Below are positions 20,157 to 30,697 of a DNA stretch of 64,000 nucleotides, piece by piece (positions within the stretch are counted from its first letter, which is position 1; each line of letters starts with the position of its first letter). The DNA is from Candidatus Latescibacterota bacterium (GTDB taxonomy: Bacteria > Latescibacterota > UBA2968 > UBA8231). The position numbers were made by a program, and so were the translations under genes. Under the pieces are notes generated by a model that worked only from the letters and a program-made list of their open reading frames with translations, had not been told where the DNA came from and did not search any database. Location: contig OZ242214.1 of NCBI GenBank assembly GCA_965206595.1, forward strand, positions 2,688,001-2,752,000, in the 5' to 3' direction.

Positions 20157-20891
20157 ATGACCATTCCCCTCGACCAGATCACCTCCATGCCGGCGTACTC
20201 CCCGTATTTTCCACCGCCCCCGGCGCGTTACCGCAACGTCCGCTTCCAGTACGTCTGCTTCCGCGCCGACGCCGACGCGGTCGACCGCCTGCTGCCGGCC
20301 TGCTTCGAGCCCGCGGCGGACGGCTTCTGCGCCGCCATCGGCCTGACCGTGCCCTGGTCGGCGAACTACGGCGCCTTCGACGAGTCCGTTCTCGTGGTCA
20401 AATGCCTGTTCGAAGGCCGGGTGGGGTACTTCGCTCCCGTCGTTTTCCTCAACTCGCGCAGCAGCATTCCGGCCGGGCGTGAGATCTACGGCACCCCGAA
20501 GGTGTACGCCGACCTCAAAGTATGGATGGATGAGCGGGTCATGGTGACCGACACCTTCGTCGGCGGCGGCAACGCCCTCTCCATTCGCTCGACCATGCAT
20601 TCCGAGGCGGCCCCGGAAGAGCTGCCCGACCTCTCCCCTTCCTGGCGGCTCAAGGCGATCCCCAGGGCGGACGGCACCGGGTGCGACGTCCTGCAGCTGA
20701 TCGACGGGGCCGGGGCGAGCCGCGACGTGACCGTCCACGTCCGCCGCAAGGGGGACGGGGTCGTGCGCTTCGAGCCGGTGCCGGTGTACGACCTGTCGGG
20801 ACTGGAGCCGCTGGAGTACTTCGGGGCCTTCTACGTCGAGCAGGATTACACCGAGGGGTACGCCGAGATCGTGCGCGACTTCCTCGCCTGA
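20157..20891 (+). CDS. Acetoacetate decarboxylase family protein
   Basis: MP..SP, GREIYGTPK (Schiff-base Lys); start ATG 20157. Confidence 0.85.
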   Translation: MTIPLDQITSMPAYSPYFPPPPARYRNVRFQYVCFRADADAVDRLLPACFEPAADGFCAAIGLTVPWSANYGAFDESVLVVKCLFEGRVGYFAPVVFLNSRSSIPAGREIYGTPKVYADLKVWMDERVMVTDTFVGGGNALSIRSTMHSEAAPEELPDLSPSWRLKAIPRADGTGCDVLQLIDGAGASRDVTVHVRRKGDGVVRFEPVPVYDLSGLEPLEYFGAFYVEQDYTEGYAEIVRDFLA

Positions 20892-20995
20892 GGCGCTCGC
20901 TGCTGGGGATTGATTTCCCGGCCCACCCCGGCGGCGGCGCTTCGGCTCGGTGCCGCCAAGGTTTACATGCAACGGGATTGTTTTTGTTCCCCATT

Positions 20996-21004
20996 TGTGG
21001 CACA
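20996..21004. promoter_or_regulatory. Candidate antitoxin operator palindrome
   Basis: TGTG-G-CACA about 30 bp upstream of the DinJ-like gene. Confidence 0.4.
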
Positions 21005-21034
21005 TTTCGTCGATTGACAAGGACGGAGGAAGCC

Positions 21035-21292
21035 ATGGCAAAAACGGAAACGATCCGGGCCCGCGTTGAACCGGAGTTGAAGAACCTGGCCGAGCAGGTC
21101 TTCTCGGAGCTGGGGCTGTCCCCCACCGAGGCGATCACCCTGTTCTATACCCAGGTGACCCTGCATCGGGGGTTGCCATTCGAGGTCCGGGTTCCCAATG
21201 CCGAGACTCTCGAGGCGATGCGCCAGGCCCGCGCCGGAGAGGGGTTGACCGAATACGCCGACCTGAAGGCGATCAAAGCCGGACATCGCTGA
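21035..21292 (+). CDS. dinJ: RelB/DinJ family antitoxin
   Basis: IRARVEPELK, LGLSPTEAITLF, GLPFEVRVPNAET; GGAGG RBS. Confidence 0.9.
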   Translation: MAKTETIRARVEPELKNLAEQVFSELGLSPTEAITLFYTQVTLHRGLPFEVRVPNAETLEAMRQARAGEGLTEYADLKAIKAGHR

Positions 21293-21295
21293 TGC

Positions 21296-21562
21296 ATGCG
21301 CCTTCTCACCACGACCCGATTCGAAAGGGACCTCAAGCGGGCCGGTAGACGCGGTAAGGATCTCAATGCGCTCTGGCGGGTGGTTGAGCGACTCTTGTCT
21401 CGGCAGCCCCTCGACCCCAGGCACAGACCGCACCGTTTATCGGGTGAATGGTCTGCCTGCTGGGAATGCCACCTCGAACCGGATTGGCTGTTGATCTGGG
21501 ACCAGCGCCCGGATGTCCTCATCCTGGTGCGCACCGGAACCCACGCCGATCTGTTCGACTGA
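21296..21562 (+). CDS. yafQ: YafQ family mRNA interferase toxin
   Basis: HRLSGEW, ECHLEPDWLLIW, RTGTHADLF. Confidence 0.92.
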   Translation: MRLLTTTRFERDLKRAGRRGKDLNALWRVVERLLSRQPLDPRHRPHRLSGEWSACWECHLEPDWLLIWDQRPDVLILVRTGTHADLFD

Positions 21563-21625
21563 TCCTGCCGGGGGGAATGTTCCCACCGCAGTACCTGGCA
21601 TGACCGCGCCCGGCGCCGCGAACCC

Positions 21626-23188
21626 TCAATCGAGCTCGTCGAAGAAGGTGACGTCCGCCCCGAAGCTGTCCATCGCCGCGACCTCGTCTCCGCGCAGGCG
21701 CACCCGTATGTCGCGGGTGCGGTGCTCCATCACGATCTCCTCTTCGGTCAGCGGGAAGTCGATGGCGACCTCGCGGTTGACCGGGGGCTCGGCGATCAGC
21801 AGGTACCCGTCCGACCACCTCGGCTCTCCGGTTGCCCCCGCGACCCGCACCTCCTCCCGGTTCACCCAGGCCGGGATGCGGACGAACAGGGGGGCTGGCT
21901 TCTTCACGCGCACCGCGAGACGGCCGCACGTGTAGGGGGACTTCACCTCGACATGGTCGTTCTCGTGGTCGAACAGCAGGTTGATCCAGTGGCCTGACTC
22001 CTCGAACCGCGCCGCCTCCCGCAGGGCCTCGCACAAGGACCCGACCGAGCCGCCGACCACGTCGGTGTTGAAGCGCAGGAACCGGTTCCCGATCGGCTCG
22101 TGGCCGTACGGGGCAGGAAAGCCCCAGGAGCCGCGGATGCGGTTGCGCACGTCGCGCAGGTGGTCGGACCCGTCCGGGTTCTCCGGATCGCGGATCCAGG
22201 AGACGTCCCTGAGCTGCGACGGCAGCAGGTGGCAGCGTAGAATCCGTTCGGCGTCCTGGTAGCACTCGCTGAACCCCCGGCGCCCGAGGATGAGGGCGGT
22301 CTCGAGGATGTCGCCGGTGTTGTTCATCTCCCCCTCGTCGGCGCGGGACTCGTCGAATCGCGCTCCCTCTATCGACCAGCCAACCTCGTCCCGCAGCTCC
22401 CGGAGCCCGTTGTCGAAGAACGCCTTCACGCGGGCGAGCAGGGAGCCGTCCCCGGTCAGGTCGGCGAGCTGGGCCAGCGACGACATCACGCAGGTCGTCG
22501 AGTGCACGTGGGCGCCGAAGCGCTCGACGTCGTAGGAGCCGTCCTCGAGGTAGACCTCGGAGACCAGCTTCTCCTTCAGGGCCGTCGCCAGCTCCAGGGC
22601 CGGACCGGACCCGGTGACGCGGAAATACTTGACCAGCGGCCCGATGCAACGGCCGACCCCTTCAACCACGGTGTGGTCGCCGTCGACCTGGACACCGTGC
22701 TCTCGTTCCATGCGCTCGACATCCCAGCGGCCCCCGGGAACGAAGTACTCGAGAACCGCGGCAATGCTCGCCTCGGCCAGGTCCCGGGCCCGCTCGGAGT
22801 TGCGGTACTTCACCAGCGGGTACAGGGCGTGAAACCCCTCGCGCACGTTGTGGTCGTTGAACTTCACCGGCTCGCCCTCGTAGTCGGCCCGCTGCTTCGG
22901 CAGGGCGAGGGTGCCGCCGAACGAGAAGAAGGCGGCGCGCGCGTGTTTGTCGATTGCGTCCTCGTCGATCTCGACGCCGGCCGCATCCTCGGCGTTCAGC
23001 AGGCCGTTGAGGTGCCGCCCCGGGATGTGGTCCTCGATACTCATGCCGAGGTAGCAGTCGGGCCGCACCGCCACCCGGAAGAAGGGGATGTCCCCGTCGT
23101 CGGCGTTGAAGACGTTCTGCATGGCGTGACAGCCGAGGCGGATCGCCGCGGCGATGTCGGTGGTGTTGACGTCACTCAGTCTGGCCAT
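21626..23188 (-). CDS. Hypothetical protein, GH127/DUF1680-like (alpha/alpha barrel plus beta domain)
   Basis: C-terminal INLLF..SPY..G...VRIPAW pattern; GC3-biased frame within an operon. Confidence 0.55.
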   Translation of the reverse strand: MARLSDVNTTDIAAAIRLGCHAMQNVFNADDGDIPFFRVAVRPDCYLGMSIEDHIPGRHLNGLLNAEDAAGVEIDEDAIDKHARAAFFSFGGTLALPKQRADYEGEPVKFNDHNVREGFHALYPLVKYRNSERARDLAEASIAAVLEYFVPGGRWDVERMEREHGVQVDGDHTVVEGVGRCIGPLVKYFRVTGSGPALELATALKEKLVSEVYLEDGSYDVERFGAHVHSTTCVMSSLAQLADLTGDGSLLARVKAFFDNGLRELRDEVGWSIEGARFDESRADEGEMNNTGDILETALILGRRGFSECYQDAERILRCHLLPSQLRDVSWIRDPENPDGSDHLRDVRNRIRGSWGFPAPYGHEPIGNRFLRFNTDVVGGSVGSLCEALREAARFEESGHWINLLFDHENDHVEVKSPYTCGRLAVRVKKPAPLFVRIPAWVNREEVRVAGATGEPRWSDGYLLIAEPPVNREVAIDFPLTEEEIVMEHRTRDIRVRLRGDEVAAMDSFGADVTFFDELD

Positions 23189-23215
23189 CGGGTGGTTCTC
23201 CTTGGATTTGAGGAG

Positions 23216-25267
23216 CTACAGCGAAGTATCCCCGGGCGGGCGGTAGATCTCGAACTGCCCGGAGGGGCTGCCGAAACTCTCCGGCTTCCAGTACCAGACG
23301 TGCCCGAAATCGGCGCCGGCCAGCAGCTCCCAGCCCCCGTCCCCGTCCCAGTCGACCGCGGTGGGATGGGCGCCGTGGCGGAAGAACTCCTGCGGCTTTC
23401 CCTCCGCCTCGAACAGCAGCACTTGCGGCCGCGAGAAGAGGGGCTCGGGGTTCGTGCCGACGTTTCGACAAAGGAGGACGAAGCTGCCGCGGAAGGTGCT
23501 GCCCGGCTGCGGGCCGACTCCGAGCAGCAGGTCGAGCAGGCCGTTCCGGTCCCAGTCGACGATCTGGACCTTGGTGCGGCCGCGGCCGTCGCCGCCCTGT
23601 GGCGTGTACGGTCCGTGGGTCTTGATGGTGTCGCCGTCCTCGAAGCGCAGCTTCTCCCCCGGCAGCAGGCAACAGAGGTCGCCGCTACCGGCGCGCCGGT
23701 AGAGGGCCAGGTCGACGTCGAGATCCATGGTGACGACGTCGGGCAGGCCGTTGCCGCTGAAGTCGCCGAGTCCGGGCTGCACGCGCCACGGCGCCAAGAG
23801 GGGCTCATCCCCTACGCGCAGGCGATGCGGCGAGTCGAGCTTGGGCTCGCGCGCCGTGCCCCGGTTGGGGTACCAGTCGTAGAGCCCGAGCATGCTGCCG
23901 GCGACGAGGTCGAGCAGGCCGTCGCCGTCGAAGTCGACGAGCACGGGGTTGCTGTAGCCGCCGATGTTGCCGTCGAGCGGCCCCTGCGAGCCGCCCCAGT
24001 GATGGCCGGCCGCGGGGTTGGGCCTGGCGGTGTAGCGGATCTCGTCCCCTGCCGCCCGCACCCGTTCCGGCGGCGCGAAGCGCAGCGGATCGGTGGACAG
24101 CGTTTTGTACCAGAAGACGTACCCCTCGACGCTGCCGACGAGGAGGTCGGCGCGGCCGGTGGCGCGCCAGTCCCCGGTGGTCGGGACGCTGAAACAGCCG
24201 CCGTTCACGTGGGGGTCCCGCTGCCGGAGCTTGAGCGGCTCGCCGTACACGGGGCGCCCCCCGGAGTCGCGGCCGTAGCAGCGGCACCTGTGGACGTTGT
24301 TGGCGATGTCGCCGGCGAACAGGTCGGCGCGCTCCCCTTCGAGAGCCGCGGTGGTGATCGAGAGGAAGTTGGCGCGGCGCGAGAACGGGGCGCCGTGCAG
24401 GGTGAACAGCTCGGCCGGCTCTCCCCACTTGGGGACCTCCCCGGGCTGCCGCAGCGGCAGGTGCCAGACCGGCCCGTAGTAGTCGAGGATGAGCAGACCC
24501 GCGGACGGGTCGCGGCCGTCGACCGGGCAGAGCGGCCCGCCCGGCACCTCGACGTCGAGCTTGCCGCAGTACTCGAACTCGAAGCTCCCGGCGGAGCAGG
24601 CGTTGCGCAGCAGGTGCAGGGACCAGGGGCCGACGATCCCCTTCCAGGTGCCGTCGAGGCGGTAGCGGTCGCGCTGGTCCTCGGCCGCGGTGTCGACCCC
24701 GGGAGGCAGCCAGTAGTCGCCGTTCTCGTGGACCGCGGCGACCAGATCGAGGCGGCCGTCGCCGTCCCAGTCGCAGGGGGCCAGGGCCGTGGCCCAGTCG
24801 ATGCCGTCGCCGCTCCCTTCCGGGCCGCCGCTGAATGCAACCGGCTTTCCCTGAGAGCGGTGCGTGGGAGGGCCGCCGGCAAGAGACAGCATGACCGCGG
24901 GCATGCGGGAGTAGGGACGCGGCCCCAGCAGGACTTCGGGGAACCCGTCGCCGTCGAAGTCGCCGGCGACCTCGATGCGGCCGCAGAGTCCCTGGTCGTT
25001 CTCGTCCCGCTGGTGGGAGCGCGACATCTCCCCCCAGCGCTGGCCGCGGTCGAGCACCGGCGTGCCGTCGGCGAGCGGCTCCTCGAAGCCGTACACGAAG
25101 ACCGCTCCCCCGGAGTCGACGAGCTCGAGGCGGCCGTCGCCGTTCCAGTCGATCAGATGGGGGTTGCCGTTGGCGAGGAAGGCGTCCCCGAAGACGCCGG
25201 GATCGTTGAGCCGCAGGGGTGCGCCGTCGCCGCTGTTTCCGCCTTCGACCGGCCTGGGAAAGCTCAT
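23216..25267 (-). CDS. FG-GAP/VCBS repeat beta-propeller protein
   Basis: Many DWNGDG/DFDGDG..DL repeats; no signal peptide. Confidence 0.85.
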   Translation of the reverse strand: MSFPRPVEGGNSGDGAPLRLNDPGVFGDAFLANGNPHLIDWNGDGRLELVDSGGAVFVYGFEEPLADGTPVLDRGQRWGEMSRSHQRDENDQGLCGRIEVAGDFDGDGFPEVLLGPRPYSRMPAVMLSLAGGPPTHRSQGKPVAFSGGPEGSGDGIDWATALAPCDWDGDGRLDLVAAVHENGDYWLPPGVDTAAEDQRDRYRLDGTWKGIVGPWSLHLLRNACSAGSFEFEYCGKLDVEVPGGPLCPVDGRDPSAGLLILDYYGPVWHLPLRQPGEVPKWGEPAELFTLHGAPFSRRANFLSITTAALEGERADLFAGDIANNVHRCRCYGRDSGGRPVYGEPLKLRQRDPHVNGGCFSVPTTGDWRATGRADLLVGSVEGYVFWYKTLSTDPLRFAPPERVRAAGDEIRYTARPNPAAGHHWGGSQGPLDGNIGGYSNPVLVDFDGDGLLDLVAGSMLGLYDWYPNRGTAREPKLDSPHRLRVGDEPLLAPWRVQPGLGDFSGNGLPDVVTMDLDVDLALYRRAGSGDLCCLLPGEKLRFEDGDTIKTHGPYTPQGGDGRGRTKVQIVDWDRNGLLDLLLGVGPQPGSTFRGSFVLLCRNVGTNPEPLFSRPQVLLFEAEGKPQEFFRHGAHPTAVDWDGDGGWELLAGADFGHVWYWKPESFGSPSGQFEIYRPPGDTSL

Positions 25268-26256
25268 AGCGTCCTCCCGGAGCGGATACGCGCGATGAAG
25301 CGCTTGCCGTTGCCGGAGAAGTGGTCCTCGATCTCGCCGGACGTGAGCCCGAGCATGTCGGCGACCTGCTTCTCCTGGCGCAGCTGCTCGTAGATGACGA
25401 GGGTGGCGCGCGGGTCGCAGTGCGGCAGGTCGGGGATGCCGTAGAACTGCGACCAGGCCCGGGCCCAGGTGACGTACTTACCGCGCTCGCAGCCGGCGAC
25501 GATGTTGTCCGACCCGAACATCACCCGCGAGCGGTCCTCGTGCTTCATCAGCAGGAAGTGGCTGTACAGGTCGTTCACCGCGGAGGTGTCGTACCAGATG
25601 TTCGGCAGCCCGGTGAGGAACTCGATCGCCTCCTCCATCATGAAGGAGTTGAAGGAGCGGGCGCAGTGGGCGAGGATCCACTGCGCTCCCGGGTAGTCGC
25701 GGGTGTAGCGCTCGAGGTCCTGCTGGTTGGCGGGGTCCGCGGGCCCTGTCGGCATCGACAGGTGCATGGTGATCGCCAGCTTCATGTGGTGGGCGAGCTC
25801 GATCAGGTGCTCCGGCAGGAAATCGCGGATGCGGGCGTTGGCCGGGTCGGCGGCGAACAGGCGGTACGGTTTGAGGCCGAGGAAGCGGTGCTTCCTCACC
25901 TGCGCCTCCACGTACTCGGCGCTCATCTGGGGGGTGACCAGCATGTTGACGGCGGAGGCCGGGTCGGCGCTGAGCTCGGACACCATCCAGTCGTTGTGCC
26001 CCTCGGCGTCGCAGCCGACCACCGGGGTGCCGAGCACCAGGTAATGGATCTCGCGCCCGGGGTAGAGCTTTTGCGCCCATCCCAGGTGGTCGCGGTAGTC
26101 GTGCTCGGCGCGCAGGCCGGTCGACGACTCCTCCAGGGAGCCGCGGTGTTCCTCCGACCAGATGTGGGTGTGCATGTCGTAGATGACCGGGGGCACGAAC
26201 CCCTCCAGCTCCCGGTCCCAGATGTCGCGGTCGAACTCGGTGTAAGAGAATCTCAA
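25264..26256 (-). CDS. Amidohydrolase family protein
   Basis: DMHTH, GLKPY, LAH, WYDTS, FGSD. Confidence 0.85.
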   Translation of the reverse strand: MRFSYTEFDRDIWDRELEGFVPPVIYDMHTHIWSEEHRGSLEESSTGLRAEHDYRDHLGWAQKLYPGREIHYLVLGTPVVGCDAEGHNDWMVSELSADPASAVNMLVTPQMSAEYVEAQVRKHRFLGLKPYRLFAADPANARIRDFLPEHLIELAHHMKLAITMHLSMPTGPADPANQQDLERYTRDYPGAQWILAHCARSFNSFMMEEAIEFLTGLPNIWYDTSAVNDLYSHFLLMKHEDRSRVMFGSDNIVAGCERGKYVTWARAWSQFYGIPDLPHCDPRATLVIYEQLRQEKQVADMLGLTSGEIEDHFSGNGKRFIARIRSGRTL

Positions 26257-27365
26257 GACCCTTCCTCCTTCTCCTCAAGGCGGCAGCAGCGCACGTACGT
26301 GACCTGCTCCTCGGTAACGTAGAACGCCGCGGCGATGGTGCCGTCGGACAGCTGTGTGACCGACGGCGTTCCGAAAGTGAAATGGTGGTACGACTGAAGG
26401 ACGTCGGCGACGGTGTCGCGCCTCATCGCCAGCACCGGGGCGCTGCGCACGCGGGCAGGCTCGATTCCCCACAGCTCGAGGTGAGCGGCCTCGTCGAAGC
26501 TCGCGCCCCCGTCCTCGGAAAGCAGGGCGCGCACCCCCAGCGGCTCGCGGCGGTGGTTGGTCACGGCTATGACGCGGCCGCTCTGCAGGCCGAGGACGTC
26601 GGTCACCTGGCCCCAGAACCCGGCATCGGCCGGTTCGCTCCAGGTCTCGCCGGCGTCCTCCGAGCGGGAGGTGTGGACGTTGACCCCGATGTCCCGCTCC
26701 ATGTCATGGGTCCAGTAGACGGCCAGCAGCCGGTCCCCTGAAAGCCGCGTCAGGCGCAGGTCGAAGAAGTAGAGGCCGCCCTCGCCCGGCCCCTGGATGC
26801 GGCGCCACCGCTCCCACGAACGGCCGCCGTCCCGGGAGCGGGTGATTGCAGCGGCCCAGTCGGGAAGCCGGTCGTCGCTGCCTTCATCCCCCCACTCGCC
26901 CGCGGCGATCAGACTTCCGTCCGACAGGGTCGCCAGGTTGCCCCCGGGTCCCATGTTTTCGAAAGGGCGGCTGCTTACGGCCTGCAGCGGTGACCAGGTG
27001 GCGCCGCCGTCCAGGGAGCGGGCCGCCAGCAGTCCCCACTCCTCCCGGCCGGTCGGATAGTGCACGCAGGCGACCACCTCCCCGTCCGCGGCGATCCCGA
27101 ACCCTCCGGGCAGCCGCACTCCCTCGGGGGCCTCCTCCGGCTCCCGGAGCTGTCCGGCGCGGTCCCAGGTCTCGCCGCGGTCCCGCGAACGGTGGATGAC
27201 CACCTTGCCGTCGCCGCTCTCGCGCGCGCTCCCGTGCCGGCACATGCACAGGAGGGTGTCGTCGGGCAACGCCTGAATCGAGGGAAAGGCGACGTACTCG
27301 CTGGCGAGGTTGGGGTGGGGATTGCGATAGATCGTGCCGTGCCCGAGGACTTCAAGACGTGCCAT
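26253..27365 (-). CDS. Sialidase/BNR-repeat (Asp-box) protein
   Basis: AFP plus five S.D.G.TW-type Asp boxes; start ATG 27365. Confidence 0.82.
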   Translation of the reverse strand: MARLEVLGHGTIYRNPHPNLASEYVAFPSIQALPDDTLLCMCRHGSARESGDGKVVIHRSRDRGETWDRAGQLREPEEAPEGVRLPGGFGIAADGEVVACVHYPTGREEWGLLAARSLDGGATWSPLQAVSSRPFENMGPGGNLATLSDGSLIAAGEWGDEGSDDRLPDWAAAITRSRDGGRSWERWRRIQGPGEGGLYFFDLRLTRLSGDRLLAVYWTHDMERDIGVNVHTSRSEDAGETWSEPADAGFWGQVTDVLGLQSGRVIAVTNHRREPLGVRALLSEDGGASFDEAAHLELWGIEPARVRSAPVLAMRRDTVADVLQSYHHFTFGTPSVTQLSDGTIAAAFYVTEEQVTYVRCCRLEEKEEGS

Positions 27366-27367
27366 GT

Positions 27368-28945
27368 TCACATCCCGCTGTGTTCGTAGTGGCCGAGGTC
27401 GGGGTCGACGTAGTCGCGGTGGAAGCTCTTCCCCATGAGGTACTTGATCTCGAGCTCGAGGTCGCGCAGGAGAACCTCCCCGAGCAGGTGCGGGTCCCTG
27501 TGGGTCAGGGTCGCGGCGAGCCGGTTCTCCCCCCGGACCGGCCACTGCTCCGGCTCGAGGCGGAACACGAACCAGCAGGTCGGGCCGCTGCGGTTGCGCG
27601 GCGCGTTCATGCGGTAGGCCTGGTTGATCCTGCGGCAGATCCTGCCGGGCAGCCCGGCGCCGTTGAGGTCGAAGCGGATCCGGTCGATCTCGGTGACGTT
27701 GGAGATGCCGGCGCGCAGCAGCACCTCGTGGACGCGGCCGCGCTCGTGCCAGTGCGGCAGGTCGTCGCTGATGACGAAGCGCGCCTCCGCCGGCTCGTTC
27801 AGCTCCATGACCGCGGGCAGGGCCGTGGGAGTCAGCGGATTCCACGGCGTGTCGATCTCGGTCGGCACGTAATAGTATTTGTCTTTTGCCGCCATGATGT
27901 CCGGGTGCGGCAGCTCGCGCAGCTTCTCGTAGAACTGCCCGCCGTACGGCCACTGCTGGAACCACTGCGCCACGTAGAGCCCGTCGACCCCCTGGTCCCA
28001 GTAGTTGCAGGCCGCCGCCCGCGTCATCGCGACCGGGCCGTCCCCGATGCGGTCGTTGGCCACGCGGGCGTGCAGCACCGCGAGCACCCGCGTCTTCGTC
28101 CCCGCCGCCGCTTTCAGGTACGGGGTGAAGTCGAGGTTGGGATCGAGGCGGTGGGGGCCGGTTATCGGCTCCGGGGCGAGGACGTCGACGATGCCGAGGC
28201 GGATCCACTCCTCCGGGTCGAAGCCGAGGCCGGCGCAGTCCTCGAGGCTGAGCGGGACCCGGATCGCCAGCTCGCGTCCGTCGCCGCCGCGCTTGACCTC
28301 CTCGTGGATGCGTCCGATCCAGTCGGTCATGGTGGCGCGCCCGGCCTCGACCTCGTCGGGGTGGAAGAAGAGGAGGGCGTCCTGGTAGTTGAGGTTGAGC
28401 TCGAAGCCGTCGACGGGGTACTCGTTGACCGCCTCCTCGACGATGGCGAAGCGCTCGTCCCGCACCTCCGGGTGCTTGAAGTCGAGGCCGGTGACTCCTG
28501 GCAGGCCGGGGTCGAGGTCCCCCCGGGCGCCGATCTCGAGGTGGGGGTTGTCGAAGCGGAAGTTCGAGCAGCGGACCGGGCAGAACTCCCCGCCGCCGTT
28601 CTGCACCAGCAGGGTCGGGTAGATCAGCACCCCCTTCTCCCGGCCGCGGTCGCAGACCAGGCGCAGCGGGTCGAAGCCGGCATCGATCAGGCCTTTGGCG
28701 TTCTGGTGGGCGCGCTTGAAGACGAGGTGTTCCCACTTGTCGACGTTGTGCCCCCAGAGCTCCCCGGCCCGGGTGTCGTGGAGCATGGTGCGCCCCTCGG
28801 CGAGGCCGAACATCAGCGCCTCGACCGAGGTGGTGGCCAGCTCGTCGACGCAGGCCTGGTACTCCTCCGGGTACATCGGCGGCTCGTACCGGTAGATGTG
28901 CGGGTGCCGGCCGTCGTGGTAGTAGACGATCTGCGGTTTCGCCAT
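27368..28945 (-). CDS. Putative glycoside hydrolase-like TIM-barrel protein (GHL10-like)
   Basis: YYHDG, VDGFELN, AIRVP, GVDGLY; paralog of 18250..19833. Confidence 0.6.
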   Translation of the reverse strand: MAKPQIVYYHDGRHPHIYRYEPPMYPEEYQACVDELATTSVEALMFGLAEGRTMLHDTRAGELWGHNVDKWEHLVFKRAHQNAKGLIDAGFDPLRLVCDRGREKGVLIYPTLLVQNGGGEFCPVRCSNFRFDNPHLEIGARGDLDPGLPGVTGLDFKHPEVRDERFAIVEEAVNEYPVDGFELNLNYQDALLFFHPDEVEAGRATMTDWIGRIHEEVKRGGDGRELAIRVPLSLEDCAGLGFDPEEWIRLGIVDVLAPEPITGPHRLDPNLDFTPYLKAAAGTKTRVLAVLHARVANDRIGDGPVAMTRAAACNYWDQGVDGLYVAQWFQQWPYGGQFYEKLRELPHPDIMAAKDKYYYVPTEIDTPWNPLTPTALPAVMELNEPAEARFVISDDLPHWHERGRVHEVLLRAGISNVTEIDRIRFDLNGAGLPGRICRRINQAYRMNAPRNRSGPTCWFVFRLEPEQWPVRGENRLAATLTHRDPHLLGEVLLRDLELEIKYLMGKSFHRDYVDPDLGHYEHSGM

Positions 28946-28954
28946 GGGATCCCC

Positions 28955-30064
28955 TTACCTGTGCCAGTCGTACTCGAGCCCGAGGGTGCGGTCGGCCAGC
29001 GGCAGGTCGACCCGCTCCCCACCGGAAGCGGCCGAGAGCTTGAGCCCCGCCTCCACCTCGATGGCCCGGGCGACGCGGCGCCCCGAGTTCTTCGGCTCTT
29101 CCATCCTGCCCTCGATGCAGTCGACGACGTCGGCGAGGCCGAAGACCGCCCCCAGGCCGACGATGTCCTGCTGCGGCTCCGGCCACGGCATCTCCACCAG
29201 GCATTCCGCCCCGTCGGCCTGCCGCTTCTGAAACAGCTGCCACCGTCCGTACGGATCCTGGTGCAGGATCTCCCCCCCGCTTCCGCTGAGGCGGACGAAG
29301 GGGGCGCCCCTGCGGAACTGCACCACGAGGCCGCTGCCGGTCGCCATCACCCCCTGGCCGCGGAACTCGCCGCTGCCGGACTCGCGCGGCGGCTCGTCGC
29401 CGCTGCCGGCAACCCACTGCGGCTCGCTGTCGACGAACCAGGACCAGTTCTGGTGCTGCGACAGGTTGCGGTCCGAGACCGTGTCGATGGAGAGCAGCTC
29501 CCCGATGGCGCCGTCGAGCAGCAGCTGCTTGGCCCTGCCGAAGGCCGGGTGGTTGGTCGAGATCGCCCCGCAGCAGAGCGGCACCCCGGCCTCGGCGCAG
29601 GCGGCGACCATGGCGTCGCACTGCTCGAGCCGCTCCGCCATCGGCTTCTCGGTGACGATCCCGCGGGCGCCGTGCTCGACCGCGGCCAGGGTCAGCTCCG
29701 GGCGCATCTTCGTGTTCGTCGAGATGGCGACGATCTCCGGCCTTTCGCGGCGCAGCATCTCGACGGCGTCGGTGTAGAGGGCCTCGACGCCGTAGCGCTC
29801 GCCGAAGGCGGCCAGGCGCCGCGGGTCGCGTTCCGCGGCCGCCGCCAGGTCGATCTCCGGGCGGTCGGCCAGCGCCTCGGAGTAGCTGCTCGGCCTCCCC
29901 TTGCGGTCGGTGAACATGGTGTGGAAATGGAAGCGGCGGTGGACGTCGAGGTCCGGGGTCGGGCGCTCGATGTCGTCGACGTGCCAGACCCCCATGCGGT
30001 CGGCGAGGTCGTAGAGCAGGCCCATCCAGCCGAGGCCGATGACGGCGCCGCGGTATCCCGCCAT
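28955..30064 (-). CDS. Gfo/Idh/MocA oxidoreductase
   Basis: VIGLGWMG, TEKPMA, GAIGEL. Confidence 0.88.
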   Translation of the reverse strand: MAGYRGAVIGLGWMGLLYDLADRMGVWHVDDIERPTPDLDVHRRFHFHTMFTDRKGRPSSYSEALADRPEIDLAAAAERDPRRLAAFGERYGVEALYTDAVEMLRRERPEIVAISTNTKMRPELTLAAVEHGARGIVTEKPMAERLEQCDAMVAACAEAGVPLCCGAISTNHPAFGRAKQLLLDGAIGELLSIDTVSDRNLSQHQNWSWFVDSEPQWVAGSGDEPPRESGSGEFRGQGVMATGSGLVVQFRRGAPFVRLSGSGGEILHQDPYGRWQLFQKRQADGAECLVEMPWPEPQQDIVGLGAVFGLADVVDCIEGRMEEPKNSGRRVARAIEVEAGLKLSAASGGERVDLPLADRTLGLEYDWHR

Positions 30065-30065
30065 C

Positions 30066-30653
30066 TCAGGCGCTCCTGCGCACGAAGCTCTCGGCCAGGG
30101 CGAAGACGCAGGAGCTGCGGTCCCCCCCTATGGTCGAGCGCCAGTTATCGCGGGTGTACGGGGCGCCGGCGACCGGCTCGTCGTCGATCCCGATGGCCGC
30201 CCGGCCGCAGAAATGCAGCAGCGAGAACACGTAGTCGCCCGACGGGCTGTCGGGCCAGGGGCCGTTGCAGACGACGGGCGCCTCGACCGCCGCCCAAGCC
30301 GACAGGATCACATGGTCCCCGGTGTCGATGCGCCAGGCCGGATCGGTGCGCAGGTCCCCCCACTCGCTGAACTCGGCGTCGACGACGGGGACCTCCTCTT
30401 GCGGCCAGGAGCGGGTCATCGTCGCCTGCGCGTACTCCAGCACCTCGCGGTTGTCGGTGCAGAGCCCGGTGAAGCGCCCCGGGACGTCGACGAGGGCGGC
30501 AACCCCGGCCCCGGCCGGGCACCAGCGGAAGCTGAACAGGCTGACGCGGCCGCTGTCCGTTTCCCGGCCGGGTTCTCGCAGGTAGTTGATCCAGTGCTCC
30601 CCGGTCCAGGTCAGCTCCCCCTCGACCCGGGGCCGGTTTCCCTCGGCGTTCAT
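30066..30653 (-). CDS. Hypothetical protein
   Basis: C-terminal part of ORF 30066..31598 from ATG 30653 (MNAEGNRPRV); normal composition, fills the operon gap. Confidence 0.7.
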   Translation of the reverse strand: MNAEGNRPRVEGELTWTGEHWINYLREPGRETDSGRVSLFSFRWCPAGAGVAALVDVPGRFTGLCTDNREVLEYAQATMTRSWPQEEVPVVDAEFSEWGDLRTDPAWRIDTGDHVILSAWAAVEAPVVCNGPWPDSPSGDYVFSLLHFCGRAAIGIDDEPVAGAPYTRDNWRSTIGGDRSSCVFALAESFVRRSA

Positions 30654-30697
30654 CCTCGATGCCTCGCGCGGTTCCGGTGCGAATTCCGCCGCGGCTG

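Noticed and set aside
26253-29621. 1122-aa ORF as one protein
   Set aside because: The N-terminal two thirds overlap two real genes in another frame; only the sialidase-like part from 27365 is credible.
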